Assembly: GCA_036785375.1 (NCBI GenBank)
Contig: JAWMAR010000152.1
Span: 1,922,001-1,986,000 of the forward strand
Reading direction: 5' to 3'
Source of the DNA: Leucoraja ocellata
Lineage: Eukaryota
DNA length: 64,000 bases
The stretch's first letter is position 1, and every line of letters starts with the position of its first letter. A model generated the notes under the pieces. The model saw only the letters and a list, made by a program, of their open reading frames with translations, searched no databases and was not told the origin of the DNA. Below are positions 50,593-63,060 of the stretch, in pieces. The translations under genes were made by a program, and so were the position numbers.

Positions 50593-50996
50593 CTAAAAAT
50601 AAAATCAGTCAGGAAAGTAGCAGTCACCCAAATGTAAAATAACCAGTAACGGCAGATAATTATATTTAATGAACTGTAATATCCAAAAGTACTTCGGAAA
50701 GGAAAGTCCAGATATTATACAAAATAGCTGAGCTACCAAAGGAGTGACCACAGAGAGGTTTTAAGCAGGAGAGAGGTAACAAGGTCCATGCAACCATTCG
50801 AGAGCACAAGGTTGAAGCAGCCAATGACCCCGTGGCTGCAGATGGAAAGGGGGGCACTGTCTATACTTTCTTTAGCCCAGGGCAGTGAAGGACCTGTCTT
50901 ATCAACAGATGGGTTCATCTAATATTGAGGGTATGCAAAAGGCAGCAGATTAATGGCTATTCCCACTTAACAACCAGATCGCCAATATGCTTTTAC

Positions 50997-51135
50997 CTGT
51001 TTGATCTTCTAAGAGGTAGTACTGTTTCATTAGCTGCCAGTGAACTTGAAGGGATTTGGCAGTGCGTGACTGATAGAAAACATTTGGGTGTTTGTTTAGC
51101 AACTCCTGAAAAGTGTCCAGTGTGGGTTGACTGGT
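50997..51135 (-). CDS. MCRS1: MCRS1 coding exon (TSQPTLDTFQELL...HWQLMKQYYLLEDQT)
   Basis: AG/GT boundaries, phase 0-1, conserved peptide. Confidence 0.96.
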
Positions 51136-51679
51136 CTGTTGGCCAAACAGAAATAAAAGGAAAGGTAAACAATACAGCAGATAGATGTGCACATTTCAAC
51201 AATGCAAATAGGTTCGGATTTTGTTGAAATGTATTATTACAACATTCATTGGTAGTTGGAAACTATTCCCCAAACTTCTTAAAGTGAAGAATTGCTGGAA
51301 ACAGCCCCACCAACAATCCTTCAACAGCCGACCTAAAGCTCTACTCTTCTATTTGGAGCCAAGAGAATAGCAGACCACCCAGGTCTTAAGCATAAAAAGA
51401 GGGTATCATAAATTAAGCCTGATCCAATGCCTGCCCACACACCCAGTACTTTACTGCGTAGAGCAGTGAGAAACCATGATCGTGGATGCATTTCTTCACT
51501 GTTATGGTATAGAACAATAGTGCCCAACAGCTGTGATTGTTGTACTTCACTAATTCAGCAGAGCGGGTATGGAACCAGAACTGCTCCATGGGTTTGTGGC
51601 ATGCTCTTTATCGTGTGCATTATTATGTATATAATACGCACTTTAACTCTTGAGTTGATAGTATTATTTTCCTCTACTG

Positions 51680-52038
51680 GCCCCACCCACCCCGGCCACT
51701 CCCTCTTCTCCCCTCTCCCATCGGGCAAAAGGTATAGGAAGTGTGAAAACGCACACCTCCAGATTCAGGGACAGTTTCTTACCAACTGTTGTCAGGCCAA
51801 TGAATCATCCTACCACAACTAGAGAGCAGTGCTGAACTACTATATTGGCAATCCCCAGACTATCTTTGATCGGACTTTACTGTCTTTACCCTGCACCAAA
51901 CGTTATTCCCTTATCATGCATATATACACTGTAAATGGCTCGATTGTAATCATGTATTGTCTTTCTGCTGACAGGCTAGCACGCAACAAAAGCCTTTTAC
52001 TGTACTTCGGTACACGTGACAATTAAATAAACTAAACT
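51680..52038 (+). mobile_element. Rex1/Babar-like LINE 3' end (related tails at about 15530-15630 + and 27635-27780 -)
   Basis: HPGHSLFSPLPSGKRYR motif; tail gtacacgtgacaattaaataaactaaac. Confidence 0.8.
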
Positions 52039-52089
52039 CATTTAAAAAGATAGTTTAATCAGATTTCTGGAAATTTTTGCAAGGTTTAC

Positions 52090-52198
52090 CGATCCAATCT
52101 TTGCCAACTGTTGCTCTTCTGCCTTGCTGTAGAGAGCCTTGGCCTGAATTGCTGCAATAGCTTCAGGGTGAAGCTGTCTCATTGCCTGACAAGCTAGT
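52090..52198 (-). CDS. MCRS1: MCRS1 coding exon (LACQAMRQLHPEAIAAIQAKALYSKAEEQQLAKIGS)
   Basis: ctttcag| acceptor, |gtaaac donor; near-identical to human. Confidence 0.96.
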
Positions 52199-53868
52199 CT
52201 GAAAGAATAAACACCATTTAAGGCAAGTGGGTTAGAGTGAACTTTCAATTACAAGTCTCCTATTAGTCATTGTCAAGTACAGATACAAAGTGCTGGATTA
52301 ACTCAGCAGGCAAGGCAGCATCTTTGGAGAACATAGACAGGCAACATTTTGGGTCAGGTCCCTTTTTCAGACTGTTCTTAGTCGTGTGATAGAGAGAGTG
52401 GAAGGAGTTAAAGAGGCAGTTGTGAAATCCAGAAGCTATGCTGACATGGAGCAAAGCTCAAACAATTTGTACATATCTAAAGCGTACAATCACAATACAA
52501 CCTTGAACTTTCTTATCCACATCATATTAGTTGCAGTCTAGTGATCTTTTGTTAGGTTCACATTAAATATAGGAGTTTCAATGCACAAAAAGTGATAATT
52601 TGCTTTTAGAAAATTGCACAAAATTGCCTGTATATGTAATTTTGATTGATGAAACCGTAATCTATGGAATAGTAAATAGCTATTGCTCAATTCACTATTT
52701 ACTCAAAAAAATCACTCATTGTCTTTCATGAACGCAATGCTCATAAATTACAATTATACCAGAGGCAGATTTGATTTAAATGCAAGTTCAGAACTTTGTG
52801 GGGAAGGAGACTGAGTATCACAGAGGGGTGTCTGGACTTGGGCCCATGCTCTGTTTCACCAATTGATCACAGCCCTGCCCACTCACGAACACCTTCTGCC
52901 AGTACTGACTGAAAGCTAAATACAAGTCAGCAACTTACTTTATCATAAAAATTGTTTGGCACTAAGAGAAATAAGGAAGGAAGAAGAAAATGCCTCGACC
53001 ACAGGGGGGGGGGGGGGGGGGGGGGAATGAAAATGATCAAAGCCAAGTTTAAAAGGACCACAAGGCCAGAGCAATCATACATGTGCATCTAATGGTTGGA
53101 AGCTGGCTGCGTTGAATACATCCAAGCCCATCTCACAAAACTGCCACAACCTCAGAACAAATTGGCATTTCATTCCGGAAAGAATTCACACTAGTTTGCC
53201 ACGTGATGGCCTTTTGACATCAAAGCAGAAAACGCGGAGCCTTGTTCCACATGCGTTGCTCCGGAGGTAGAAACTGGGTGCTAAAAAAATGAAATTGGGC
53301 CATTCTTCAACATCAACACCCCAAACATTAATGAGCAGAACAATCAGAACAATCAAGTAATAAAAGAAACACAAATACATTCTTATACTTATGGCTTGAA
53401 TTTTTCAGGTTTAACCAATTACAGTTGAAAAGGAAAGTACCCAAAGGCAAACTTGGGGGGGGGGGGAAATAATGTTATTGGTGACACAAACTAAACTATA
53501 CATTAACAGTGCAGAAATTACATTTTTGTCCATGTTGCTTTAATGCACATAATGCACATAAACCACTGTGAACTCTGCTTGTTTGTTGGATGTGGCCATC
53601 AGTGGTGTTATAGCAGGGACTTGGTAGACAGTGGTAAATATTCAAAGCAAAATTTCTGAATGTGCATGTGATGACCATCAATTTCAATCCAGTTGTACTT
53701 TACAGAGACTGGAAGCTGATATTTCTCTTGACAAAAGGTTTCGATAAGAACTGTAAATTCCATTAAAAAAAAATATATATATAAATGAAAGCCCAAAAGA
53801 AATACTTTGAGCAAAAATGAAAATCAAAATGTGCAAGCCTCACTGCTCAACAGAATCATTTCACTTAC

Positions 53869-53978
53869 TTGGATATAACAGGGTCATACAGGAGTGCATA
53901 CCAACGTTCCTGGATCTCCCGTAACATGAAGTGGCAGCTGAACTTCACGCCGAGGTGCACTGCAGTCAAGTCATTTGT
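53869..53978 (-). CDS. MCRS1: MCRS1 coding exon (TNDLTAVHLGVKFSCHFMLREIQERWYALLYDPVIS)
   Basis: ttgtag| acceptor, AA|gtaagt donor; hand translation matches human sequence closely. Confidence 0.96.
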
Positions 53979-55050
53979 CTACAATTCAAAAATACAACAT
54001 CAGACCCTTAAAGACAACAGCAATATTAACTGTGAAAATGTACTGTGTTAATACCACTGGACAGATGGTCAACATTACTTGCATATCTATCGCGGGAATT
54101 GTGGGAGGAATAATTAAGCTGGGATCTTGAAATGTGAATTCAATTAGTTAAATACTCTATACCATGAAAATTCTGATTGTCATTAAAATCCATCTGCTTC
54201 ACCACTGTACTGGAAGGAAGAGACTCTGCTGTCTAGCTAAACATGCACTTGTTTTTTTTTTAAACAAATAGCTGAGGGCATGGCAGTGAGACTCCTTGAA
54301 GTCTTGCAGTGCTAAGGGCAATGGTGCTTTCATCGTGTTCCTTGGTAGAGAGCTCACAAAACTACTCTTCTGCTCACGAAAGAAAAATCACATACTTAGA
54401 CCATAAATAATGTGGCTCACATTCATTCCCCCATTCTGACATTCAAACTACACAAAAAGATCACTTTTGGTCTAAAAATACTCTAATTCCTCTGATCTGC
54501 CATTTGCACACCTCACCCCTCCATATCTCAAGACTCCCTCTCCTGACTCTCAGTGTGAAGATGGGTGGGTCTCGACCTGAAACGTCACCCATTCCTTCTC
54601 TCCAGAGATGCTGCCTGTCCCACTGAGTTTCTCCAGCATTTTGTGACCATCTTCAGTGCAAACCAGCATCTGCAGTTCCTTCCTACAGACATTAAATCCA
54701 ATAGGTTAATTTCTTCCTTTATCCCTTCCCTTCTATTTTTGTTCGTCAATATCTTTAATTCCACACGTTGTCCCATTATCTCAATTCACCAAGACTTTTC
54801 AAAACTGAAAGCATTACTGCGGCACCACCTAGTGACAAGAACAGAGACCCACAAGCTGCAATTCTGTCTTTGTCCGGATTAAAGTTGACACTGTTGTAAT
54901 AAAATAAATACCAAAGGTTGGAGACAGAGCTGATTAAAGTAATTGTCTTATTGCATCATTTTTTTAAAAATGTACAGCGTAGCTACTTTGATACCGTATT
55001 TGTGACACTTGAACCCCCCCCCCCCCCCCCCCCCATCTCTGAAACTTTAC

Positions 55051-55194
55051 CTGCAAAACAGCATTTATTAGCAGCAAGTCGTCTGTTGGTTTCCATCGTC
55101 CAAGATCCTTTGTGACTTGTAGCGGCTGCTTGCTTTTCTTTAGTCGTTTGATGATGCTGCTGGGAGCTAATGGCACGGTGGTGGATTTTGATAT
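55051..55194 (-). CDS. MCRS1: MCRS1 coding exon (ISKSTTVP...KKSKQPLQVTKDLGRWKPTDDLLLINAVLQ)
   Basis: AG/GT boundaries, 144 nt, phase 0-0; start of the conserved N-terminal MCRS domain. Confidence 0.96.
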
Positions 55195-55675
55195 CTGATT
55201 TTTAAATAAAAAGAGCCACGCTAAATATGGGTCAGAAACTTCTACAACTAGCCCAGTGCTCAAATAATCAGTTCCCATGCAGAAAATCCTATCCAGAGGA
55301 TTAAACTTTTCATCCAATTGGCAAGAAACAGATACACCGTAGTTGAAGAGTCTCAATTGGAATCAATAAGCACAGAAGATATTGGATGTACTCAGCAGGT
55401 CAAGTACCATCTGTGAAGAGAGTAAGAGCTAATGTTTAAGGGCAACTAACTTCATGATGGAAGGCCATTGACCTCAAACATTGACAAAACATGATGCTGC
55501 AGGTACCCCGCAGGTCTTCCGTTTTGATTTAAAATTTCAAGTATTTTGTTTGTGTGTCAACAGGATATATGGAATAAAACAGTTAAAAAAAAAAAAATCA
55601 GCACCTGGAAATACAACCGAACCATGGGACTTTTATTAGACCTGACAGCCAATGAGTTTAACGGCCTAAACAAAG

Positions 55676-55966
55676 TGTGGTGCTGCAAGGCTCAGTGCTG
55701 GGACCCCAGTTATTTACAATATATATTAATGGTTTAGACAAGGGAATTAAATGTAACATCTCCAAGTTTGCAGATGACACAAAGCTGGGTGACAGGGTGA
55801 GTTGCGAGGAGAATGCTATGAGACTGCAGGGTGACTTGGATAAGTTGGGTGAGTGGGCAGATGCAGTATAATGTGGATAAATGTGAGGTTATCCACTTTG
55901 TTGGCAAGAACAGGAAGGCAGATTATTATTTGAATGATGGCAGATTAGGAAAGGGGGAGGTGCAAC
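55676..55966 (+). mobile_element. CR1-clade LINE RT-core fragment
   Basis: QGSVLGPQLFTIYIN.LD...ISKFADDTKL RT motifs in ORF 55677-55871. Confidence 0.92.
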
Positions 55967-56892
55967 GAGTTCCCCTTGTGACCCAATGGATTTTCTCCGG
56001 GTGCTCTGGCTTCTTCCCATCCAAAAGGCGTTCTGGTTGGTAGGTTAATTGGTCACTGTAAATTACCCCTACAATGTAGGCGAGTGGGGAAAAACCAGTG
56101 GAGCTGATGAGAATGCAGGAGGAATAAAAATCGGATTCGCAGAGGATTAGTGTAAATGGGTGCTTGATGCTTCGAGTGGACATAGGCCTGCTTCCATGCT
56201 GCATGGAATGGCAATTCAAACATATCTCGAATCTGCAAACAACTCATTTGTTTCACTGCTCGAGGATCCAGCATTGATTTCAGCATCAGCTTCCTTTAAT
56301 TCATCAGTTAATATTTGATCGTTCACATGAGCAGTGAGCTCCAGGAAACATGATCAGCATTGTCAATTCATGGCTTGAAGAACAAGGTGGGGTTATAGCA
56401 CGACTGAAGACTTTAACACAATGTCAAGTTCAGGGCATTGGTCACAGTTCCAAGTCCTTTTGACTTTTGTCATTTATCACTCTTCAACCACTGGCAGAAA
56501 GCAAATATAGAGCCAGCAGGATTCAGCATATTGTCAATGCATTAGGAATAAAGTAGCTCAACAGAAATACCTAACAGAGAGCAAAACATTCTATGTTTCT
56601 CTTACCCAAATGGATATAAGCATTCACTAACTTTAGAAAATAATTCCCTATCAACTTCTTCTCTTCAACATAGATTAAAAAAATTAGACGATGGAAGTCT
56701 GAAATAAGAACCAAAAGTTAGTGGAAACAGAAAAGCATGCCAGGGCTATCGAAGGAAAAAAAAAAAGAAAAAAAAGCAGGCCAATAAATATTTTATGACC
56801 AAACTTTAAACTTTCATTTTTTTGCACTTCCACATCTAAACAAACGTGCAGTATTTTCCCATCATTTTTGTGTGTTTATATTTAATACCTAC

Positions 56893-57031
56893 TTTTTTCT
56901 TTTCATTGGATGATGGTTCACTGCCAGAGTACCGCGCAGGTTCCATCCCTGTTGGGCCCTTTGCCCGAGTGGAAGATTTAGCCAGGCTGCTTTCAACTAG
57001 CTCATCATCAAATTTCTTGCGTTTTATGGAT
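56893..57031 (-). CDS. MCRS1: MCRS1 coding exon (SIKRKKFDDELVESSLAKSSTRAKG...EKKK)
   Basis: ctttttcag| acceptor, |gtaggt donor; IKRKKFDDELVESSLAKSS matches human MCRS1. Confidence 0.96.
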
Positions 57032-59478
57032 CTGAAAAAGGGAACAATGCAAGAATCTTCTGTCGGTGGTGCGAAAGAAAGTGACAGAACAAAGAGGCAG
57101 TGTTGGAATTGGACGGCTGGCCTACTTGCTCCAGTTCGCAGAACTTCTGCTGATTCGGAGATTGAAATCAGAGCAAATATCAAAAGGAAGAAATTGCTCC
57201 CAGGTCTCTGTATGGGGACCCCAATGCTGCATTGGCAAAGCCCACTGTGCTTCAAGCCAGAAACAGGTGAAGGCAGCCAAAACTAAAGGTGCTGCAAATG
57301 TGAAGTGGATTTGAGATTACCTCACGCCACTTCCTGAAGCGCGAGTTCACAGCACTAAACTGCTCAGCCCATCGTTGACAAGGAGTAATAAGAAAAAGAA
57401 CATTCACAGCGGTGAAAGTGCTCTTTCAAATTTGGGATTTAGAGTGGAAAGGCAGTGACACCACATTCACTGAGGGCAGCAAGGGAACAATTTCCTGATT
57501 AAGCTACAACTTCTTTAACATTCTTGGTGCCAACACTGGAAAAATTAACAAACACATACTTCAATCCCTAGCAGTAACATCCCTTACTTGAAGTGGAGAT
57601 CTGGTCAAAATGTTATTTCTTATATAAACTATAAAGTTAAAGCATTACCCCCCGCTCCCAATAGTTCATTTCACAAACCCACTTCACACAAAAAATACCA
57701 CCGCTGGATGACTTTACACTTCAGCAATCATCAGCATTCAACATCTACACACACACACACACCCACACCCAGGGTAAGAGTTGTCTTTGTTCACTCCTGT
57801 GGATTTATCATTGGAAAAAAAAATTGGATTGTGAACACATTTGTATCGAGGTCATGAGCCTTGTGTCGAGTCCTTGCAGGAGCCCTACTCATCCGGATGT
57901 TGTTGTGTGTGACAGTGTAAAGCCCAGGTTCAATGTGGTTTCTACTGGCAGAATTGTCCTCCGACAGAGCACAGAGGATTCTACGCTTGGCCTATGTTAC
58001 AGGAATAGGTGCGAAAGAGAAAAGTGCACCCATTCCAGATTGCTACTCTGCAACGCATACAAACAATGACTGAGAACAGGGCCAGGCTTTATGGTCAAGC
58101 AGTCCAACAACACTCACTATCCAGTCTCACCCTTGAAGAACAGTTACTCGAGTGACAGAGGGCTGCTAACCGCCACTGAACCATTAGAAAGAAATAGCAC
58201 GCTTGAGGCAGGGAAAAGTGTGGATGAAAATAAGTATAACAAAATAAGTGAGCAACCTTTAATTAGTTTTTTTTTTTACAAAAGTATGAAATGGCTTCCA
58301 TAAAATAAGCCATAAAACTTGGACATTCATTAGTATTCCTTCCCTCAATGTGTACGACAATTCTGTGAAAGCCAAGACTTGGGTTTTAATGCACAACATC
58401 TATACTTGCTCAGTTTTTCTGTGACTGAATGAGTGCTGAGCATCACTTAATATTACAAAACAGTGTGCGTTAAAACACCACCTTCAAAGTGGGTTAAATC
58501 ACAAGTGGTGCAGCCAAGATGGTCTGGCGTGAGGTGCTCGAAGGCTTGAGCTACTGATGACAGAATGAGTTAGCACCAGCAAAAGGAAATACTGCAGAGG
58601 AAGGAATCCTTCCCACTCTTACTCGCCACAACCACCCCAGTCCCACAAGCAGCCTGGAAAGCTCATCGCCACCACTAAAGAGAGACCCACAGAGGAGGTT
58701 ACTCAATAAGACAAGTCCAGCGAGGGGAGAAATTAAATAAAAACTCAGATAATCTCATCAAGTTGTCAAAGCTCCATTCATGCATTAAAATACTGGGCAG
58801 GGAGAGGGAAGAACATCTAGCAACAAGCTATCAAACAGAGTGCTGAACAAATCTTCTGGAAGCTCTTCAAAAAAAATTCTCACTTATTAAATTCACCAAT
58901 AACACTTCATATTTTACAGTCAGTAGACATAGTTCAGGTGAACCTGGTAAATCTTGTATCATCCTGTAACTGTAGAGGCTCACTGGTTCATTAAGGATCC
59001 TAGTTTTATGGCAAATGGTCTGTCGCAGGCACCTCTGTAGTGTAAGCGAGGTACTGTCTACACTTCATTAGGTGCACACACCATCTCCCAAGGTGGCTTC
59101 ACTTCCCTCCCATTGAGAGCCGATGTCCAACTTTAATTGGCAAAAATTAAATGGTCATCACTGCCAGTACGAGCAAGCTTTACTTGCCAAACTTCTCTGA
59201 CAACCTGGAGGCGAGAGCATGTGCACAACCTTTCATTTCCTTGGTGGCGCCAGTACTCAGTACTCCACCCCACAGAGTAAACAGAATGCAGAGCATCGGG
59301 TGAGAGTTGGAGAGGGGGGGGTGGGGGTGGGGAGAGGTGGGGGGGGGGGGGTGGGGGCAGGGGTAGCAACACATATTGTAGAACCGTTTCAAGTAGAAGT
59401 GGCACTGCAATATAAATCAAAGTGTAAAAGAGCTCGTGGGTTAGCTGAAGAGGCAGAGCATTTCCACCCCTGCGTTAC

Positions 59479-59629
59479 CTGGATGAGCTCCTGCGTTTGG
59501 GAAGTAGGCTGAAGGCTTGAGTAGCGGTACGTTTCTGTGCCGAGGGGGACTGGTCCCCATCAGATCTCCCCACAGGCCCTGTCGACATAAGCCTTGTCCC
59601 AATAGTACCCAGTGTACACTGTTGCTCAG
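59479..59629 (-). CDS. MCRS1: MCRS1 coding exon (EQQCTLG...QKRTATQAFSLLPKRRSSS)
   Basis: ctttttgaag| acceptor, AG|gtaacg donor; resembles human QKRASSQALGTIPKRRSSSR; phases consistent. Confidence 0.9.
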
Positions 59630-60306
59630 CTTCAAAAAGGAAAGAGAAAGCGTTGCTTATTATTTCATTTTTAAAAAAGGACGAGCTTTACCATCCACAT
59701 GATCCAATATACAGCCAGGCAACATGTTTCCAGAAAAAAATTAATTACTCAGTATAAAGTGATGAGGCTACACAATGTCCATATTGTTCTAGAGTACACA
59801 CCGTTATTTACACTTAGTGTATTCACGCTGTTAACTGTAGTGACTTTAGAGACGTTTGCTTTGCCAAACATCGAGCCCACTACCCACCACCACCCCATCA
59901 TCTCTCTAAAGCTGACCACTACTGGCGTACAGCTCAATGGGCACCACATGCCCATTGATACCTTGCCCTTAGTGGCCTTTCTGTTGAGGCTCATACACAA
60001 GCAAAGAATTAACTGTTTATTTGACTATGGGAAGAATGAGCTCAAAGAATTGTAATCAAACCAGATGGCTTCCCTCCAGCAGCAGGGATTACCGGAGAGC
60101 GATCAGGATGAAAATCCCAACCAGGTTTCCTTTCTCTAGCTAAGGGTGACAACGGTCGCACTTCCTCTGGCACCCAGTCCGACATCAGCAACCATAACTC
60201 AGAGCAGCAAGCAAATCTAGAGCCCACTCGTGGACTGGGCTTCATGAGAGGAGAGAGGCCAGAATGGATGACAGTAATGGCTCACTAGAAATTCCAAGAA
60301 GCAGAT

Positions 60307-60338
<32 letters not shown>
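60307..60338. repeat. (GATA)n microsatellite
   Basis: About 8 tandem TAGA units. Confidence 0.95.
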
Positions 60339-60829
60339 CCTTTTATTGCATCAAATCTAGAAGTATGCATGAAGACAACCTTTGATTTTAATTAAACATG
60401 GATCCAAATTGGAAGAAAATCTTCCCTAAATTTCACTTTTCAAATCATATTATGTGAAAAGGATACAATAGGAAGGTAATTAATATCATCCCATTATTCA
60501 TTGCAAATCTCAAAAAGCCTAGTTAATTTTACAAAAGACTGTTGCTCCTCTTGTTGGTCATACCATTCCTACCAACTCCTCCACTTAAAAATTGCCACAA
60601 TTCTTGAATAAATTAATTACTCACACAATTAAATACAAATTTCGATTGGAGTGCTGGCCAATGGATCCACGTATGATCCTATGGTTAAAACTAGTTGCCC
60701 AGGTCAACCTCCATGCATTTCTACGGTAAGTTTCTTCCCCTCTCCTACCCAGACTTCTCATAGTTCCTGATAGCACCAGAAACTATCATCACATTACGTT
60801 ACAGGCAGAGAGTGGGTGATACGTCATTC

Positions 60830-61910
60830 CACACAAAACAGGAGCAGGCCCATTCAGACCCACAAATCTGCTCCATTGTTCACTAAGATATAGCTGATCC
60901 TGCACTTCCAGTCTACTCTCATACTCAATTCCCCATGCCCTTGGACTCCGTAGCATAACAAAAATGTTGAACTCGCCTTGGAATACACCCAATGGTTTGA
61001 AAACTCACAATCCTCTCGAGCAGAAAATTCCACAGATTCACAACCCACAGAATGAAGACGTTTTCTCTCCATCCCAAGGAAACAGCATTTACTCTGTCAA
61101 AACACTCTCAAGTTTTTATGATTAGATAAGACGGCCTCTTATTCTCAAATTTCAAAGAAGAGGTCCACTCTATACACGAGATAACCCACTCATCCCAGAC
61201 TGCCTGTGAACGCGGGTCCTCTGAGGGAGCCGTAGATTGCAATCAACCCTCACTTTTCATTTTTCTCCCAAATTCAAGAAATGCTGAGGACAGGTTTCTC
61301 ACCTACCAATGCCCCCAGCTAACTCAGTTACAGAGGAGGGACCCATTATGCATAAAGGAACCTATTTGTTGTGCAAAAACAGCACACAACCAAGCGCTTA
61401 ACCCTCAGGTTAGATTGTCATTTGATCAATTCATTTATCACACCTTGCAACTCTCATGTGCATGCAGTCACTGTGGAGATGGGAATGGGAGAAGAAATAT
61501 AAATGTCAAGGCACTGGAGAAAATGCAGAAAAGACTTCTTGGAAATGGTACCAGACATAAGGGACATAAGGTATTGTTCTCCTTTGAACAAAAAAAAGAT
61601 TAAGAAGAGATTGGACAGGAATGAATAGCTGTGATCAAGTAAAACACAGAAACTGTTTCCAGTGGCAGAGGACACAGATTTGAGGCTATTAGTCAAAGAA
61701 CCAGAAGTGAGTTGTGGAAATTATCTGTTACACAGCAAGTTGTAATCTGGAATATACTGTTTGAAAGGGTGGTGGAAACGGATTCAAAAGTGACTTAATA
61801 AAGAAAATTGTAAACTTGATGTAAAAACTTAGGGACCATGGCAAAGAGCAGGGAAGTGCGACTAATAAGTTGCTCATTCGAGAAACCGCCACAGGTACAA
61901 AGGCCTCTTT
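60830..61910. mobile_element. Two heavily decayed CR1-like fragments (about 60830-61200 on -, 61395-61910 on +)
   Basis: gaaaattccacagattcac and aggcccattcag on one; aaggcactggagaaaatgcagaaaaga...tacacagcaagttgt on the other. Confidence 0.55.
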
Positions 61911-62372
61911 CAATTATGCCTGAAAAATATCCCTGCAGCATTAAAAGGATCACAGACCACTGAACTGAAGGAGCAAATGGCCAAAATAGTAACTAGTATA
62001 AGCTGCATCCAGAGTGTCCAAACTTACGAGTGTCCATGAACCACTTCAGTGCTCATGGAGTCTTGGGGGTTATGAACAAGGTTTAAATCCATGCTCCCAA
62101 AAAAATTGCAAATATCTCATGTTGCTAATAGCAATAGATATCAGTGTTCTGTTTCAGGATTTTCCACCATATGACACGCATGTCAAAACTCTCTCTATCC
62201 AACTCTTAATAAGGCAATAAATTCTAACATGTCAAATCAGCAATGCAAGGAATGGATGAGATTACTAAGGTTTAGGGTTGAATATAGGTCATAGCTCAGA
62301 CATCCTGAGCTTCATTAGTCTTTCTACAGGCTAATGAAGCATCCATCCCTGAAGCACTAGCGTGTACAATAC

Positions 62373-62436
62373 CTTTATCTAAACTTCTTCCCTCCAGAAG
62401 ACAACTAGTCTGACTAGCAGAGGAAGAATTACTCAT
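62373..62436 (-). CDS. MCRS1: MCRS1 first coding exon, coding part (MSNSSSASQTSCLLEGRSLDK); whole exon 62373-62512
   Basis: ttttattttgcag| acceptor at 62512, AAG|gtattg donor at 62373; ends L-D-K + G like human M-D-K + G; ATG has A at -3 and an upstream in-frame TGA. Confidence 0.75.
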
Positions 62437-62463
62437 TATCCGTGGCAGCCCGATACACTTGAA

Positions 62464-62493
62464 TCACAGTTGGAAGCTTTCTCTGTGTCTCAT
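62464..62493 (-). promoter_or_regulatory. uORF (MRHRESFQL*) in the MCRS1 5' leader
   Basis: ATG AGA CAC AGA GAA AGC TTC CAA CTG TGA within exon 62373-62512, same frame as the main ORF, stop 27 nt before the main ATG. Confidence 0.6.
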
Positions 62494-62909
62494 TGACCAA
62501 GAGATTATGGATCTGCAAAATAAAATTCAAAAACAGAACTTAAAAATCAGTGATTCCGTTAAGTTCACATTCCCTTACTTTCTCTTCCATGTGGAGACTC
62601 GCCAAACTCCACTCCTTGTCCTGGACATGGTTTTTAAACAGCATCATAAAATGGTAACAGCACAGAAGGAGGCCATTTGGCAGATCAAGTCCATGCAGGG
62701 TCGAGTGCAATAATCCAGCCAGTCCCACTCCCCTACTTTATCCCCAGAGCCCTGCAGACATTTTCCTGCCAGGTACATGTTCAGTTTCCTTATGAACATT
62801 ATGGTTGAACGCACCTCCACTACACACCTCCAACCCCTGGCATGGCATTCCTGTTTCACGATTGCTTCGCCATTCAGGTTTTGCTCACTTCACTTCAGGT
62901 ACTTCTCCT

Positions 62910-63060
62910 GAGACGTACAGGTTTGTAGGTTAATTGGCTTGGTGTAAATGTAAAAATTATCCCTCGTGTGTGTAGGGTAGTGTTAATGTGCGGTGATCGC
63001 TGGTCGATGCTGACTCGGTGGGTGGAGGGCCTGTTTCCACGTTGTATCTCTAAACTAAAC
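62910..63060 (+). mobile_element. HE1-like SINE 3' half
   Basis: agacgtacaggtttgtaggttaattggc...tctctaaactaaac. Confidence 0.85.

Noticed and set aside
56846-57286. 146-aa plus-strand ORF antisense to an MCRS1 exon
   Set aside because: Antisense shadow of a coding exon, non-ATG start, no recognisable domain.
58900-59165. Possible intronic C/D snoRNA (GTGATGA on - strand near 59154-59160)
   Set aside because: No D box at a suitable distance with a terminal stem.
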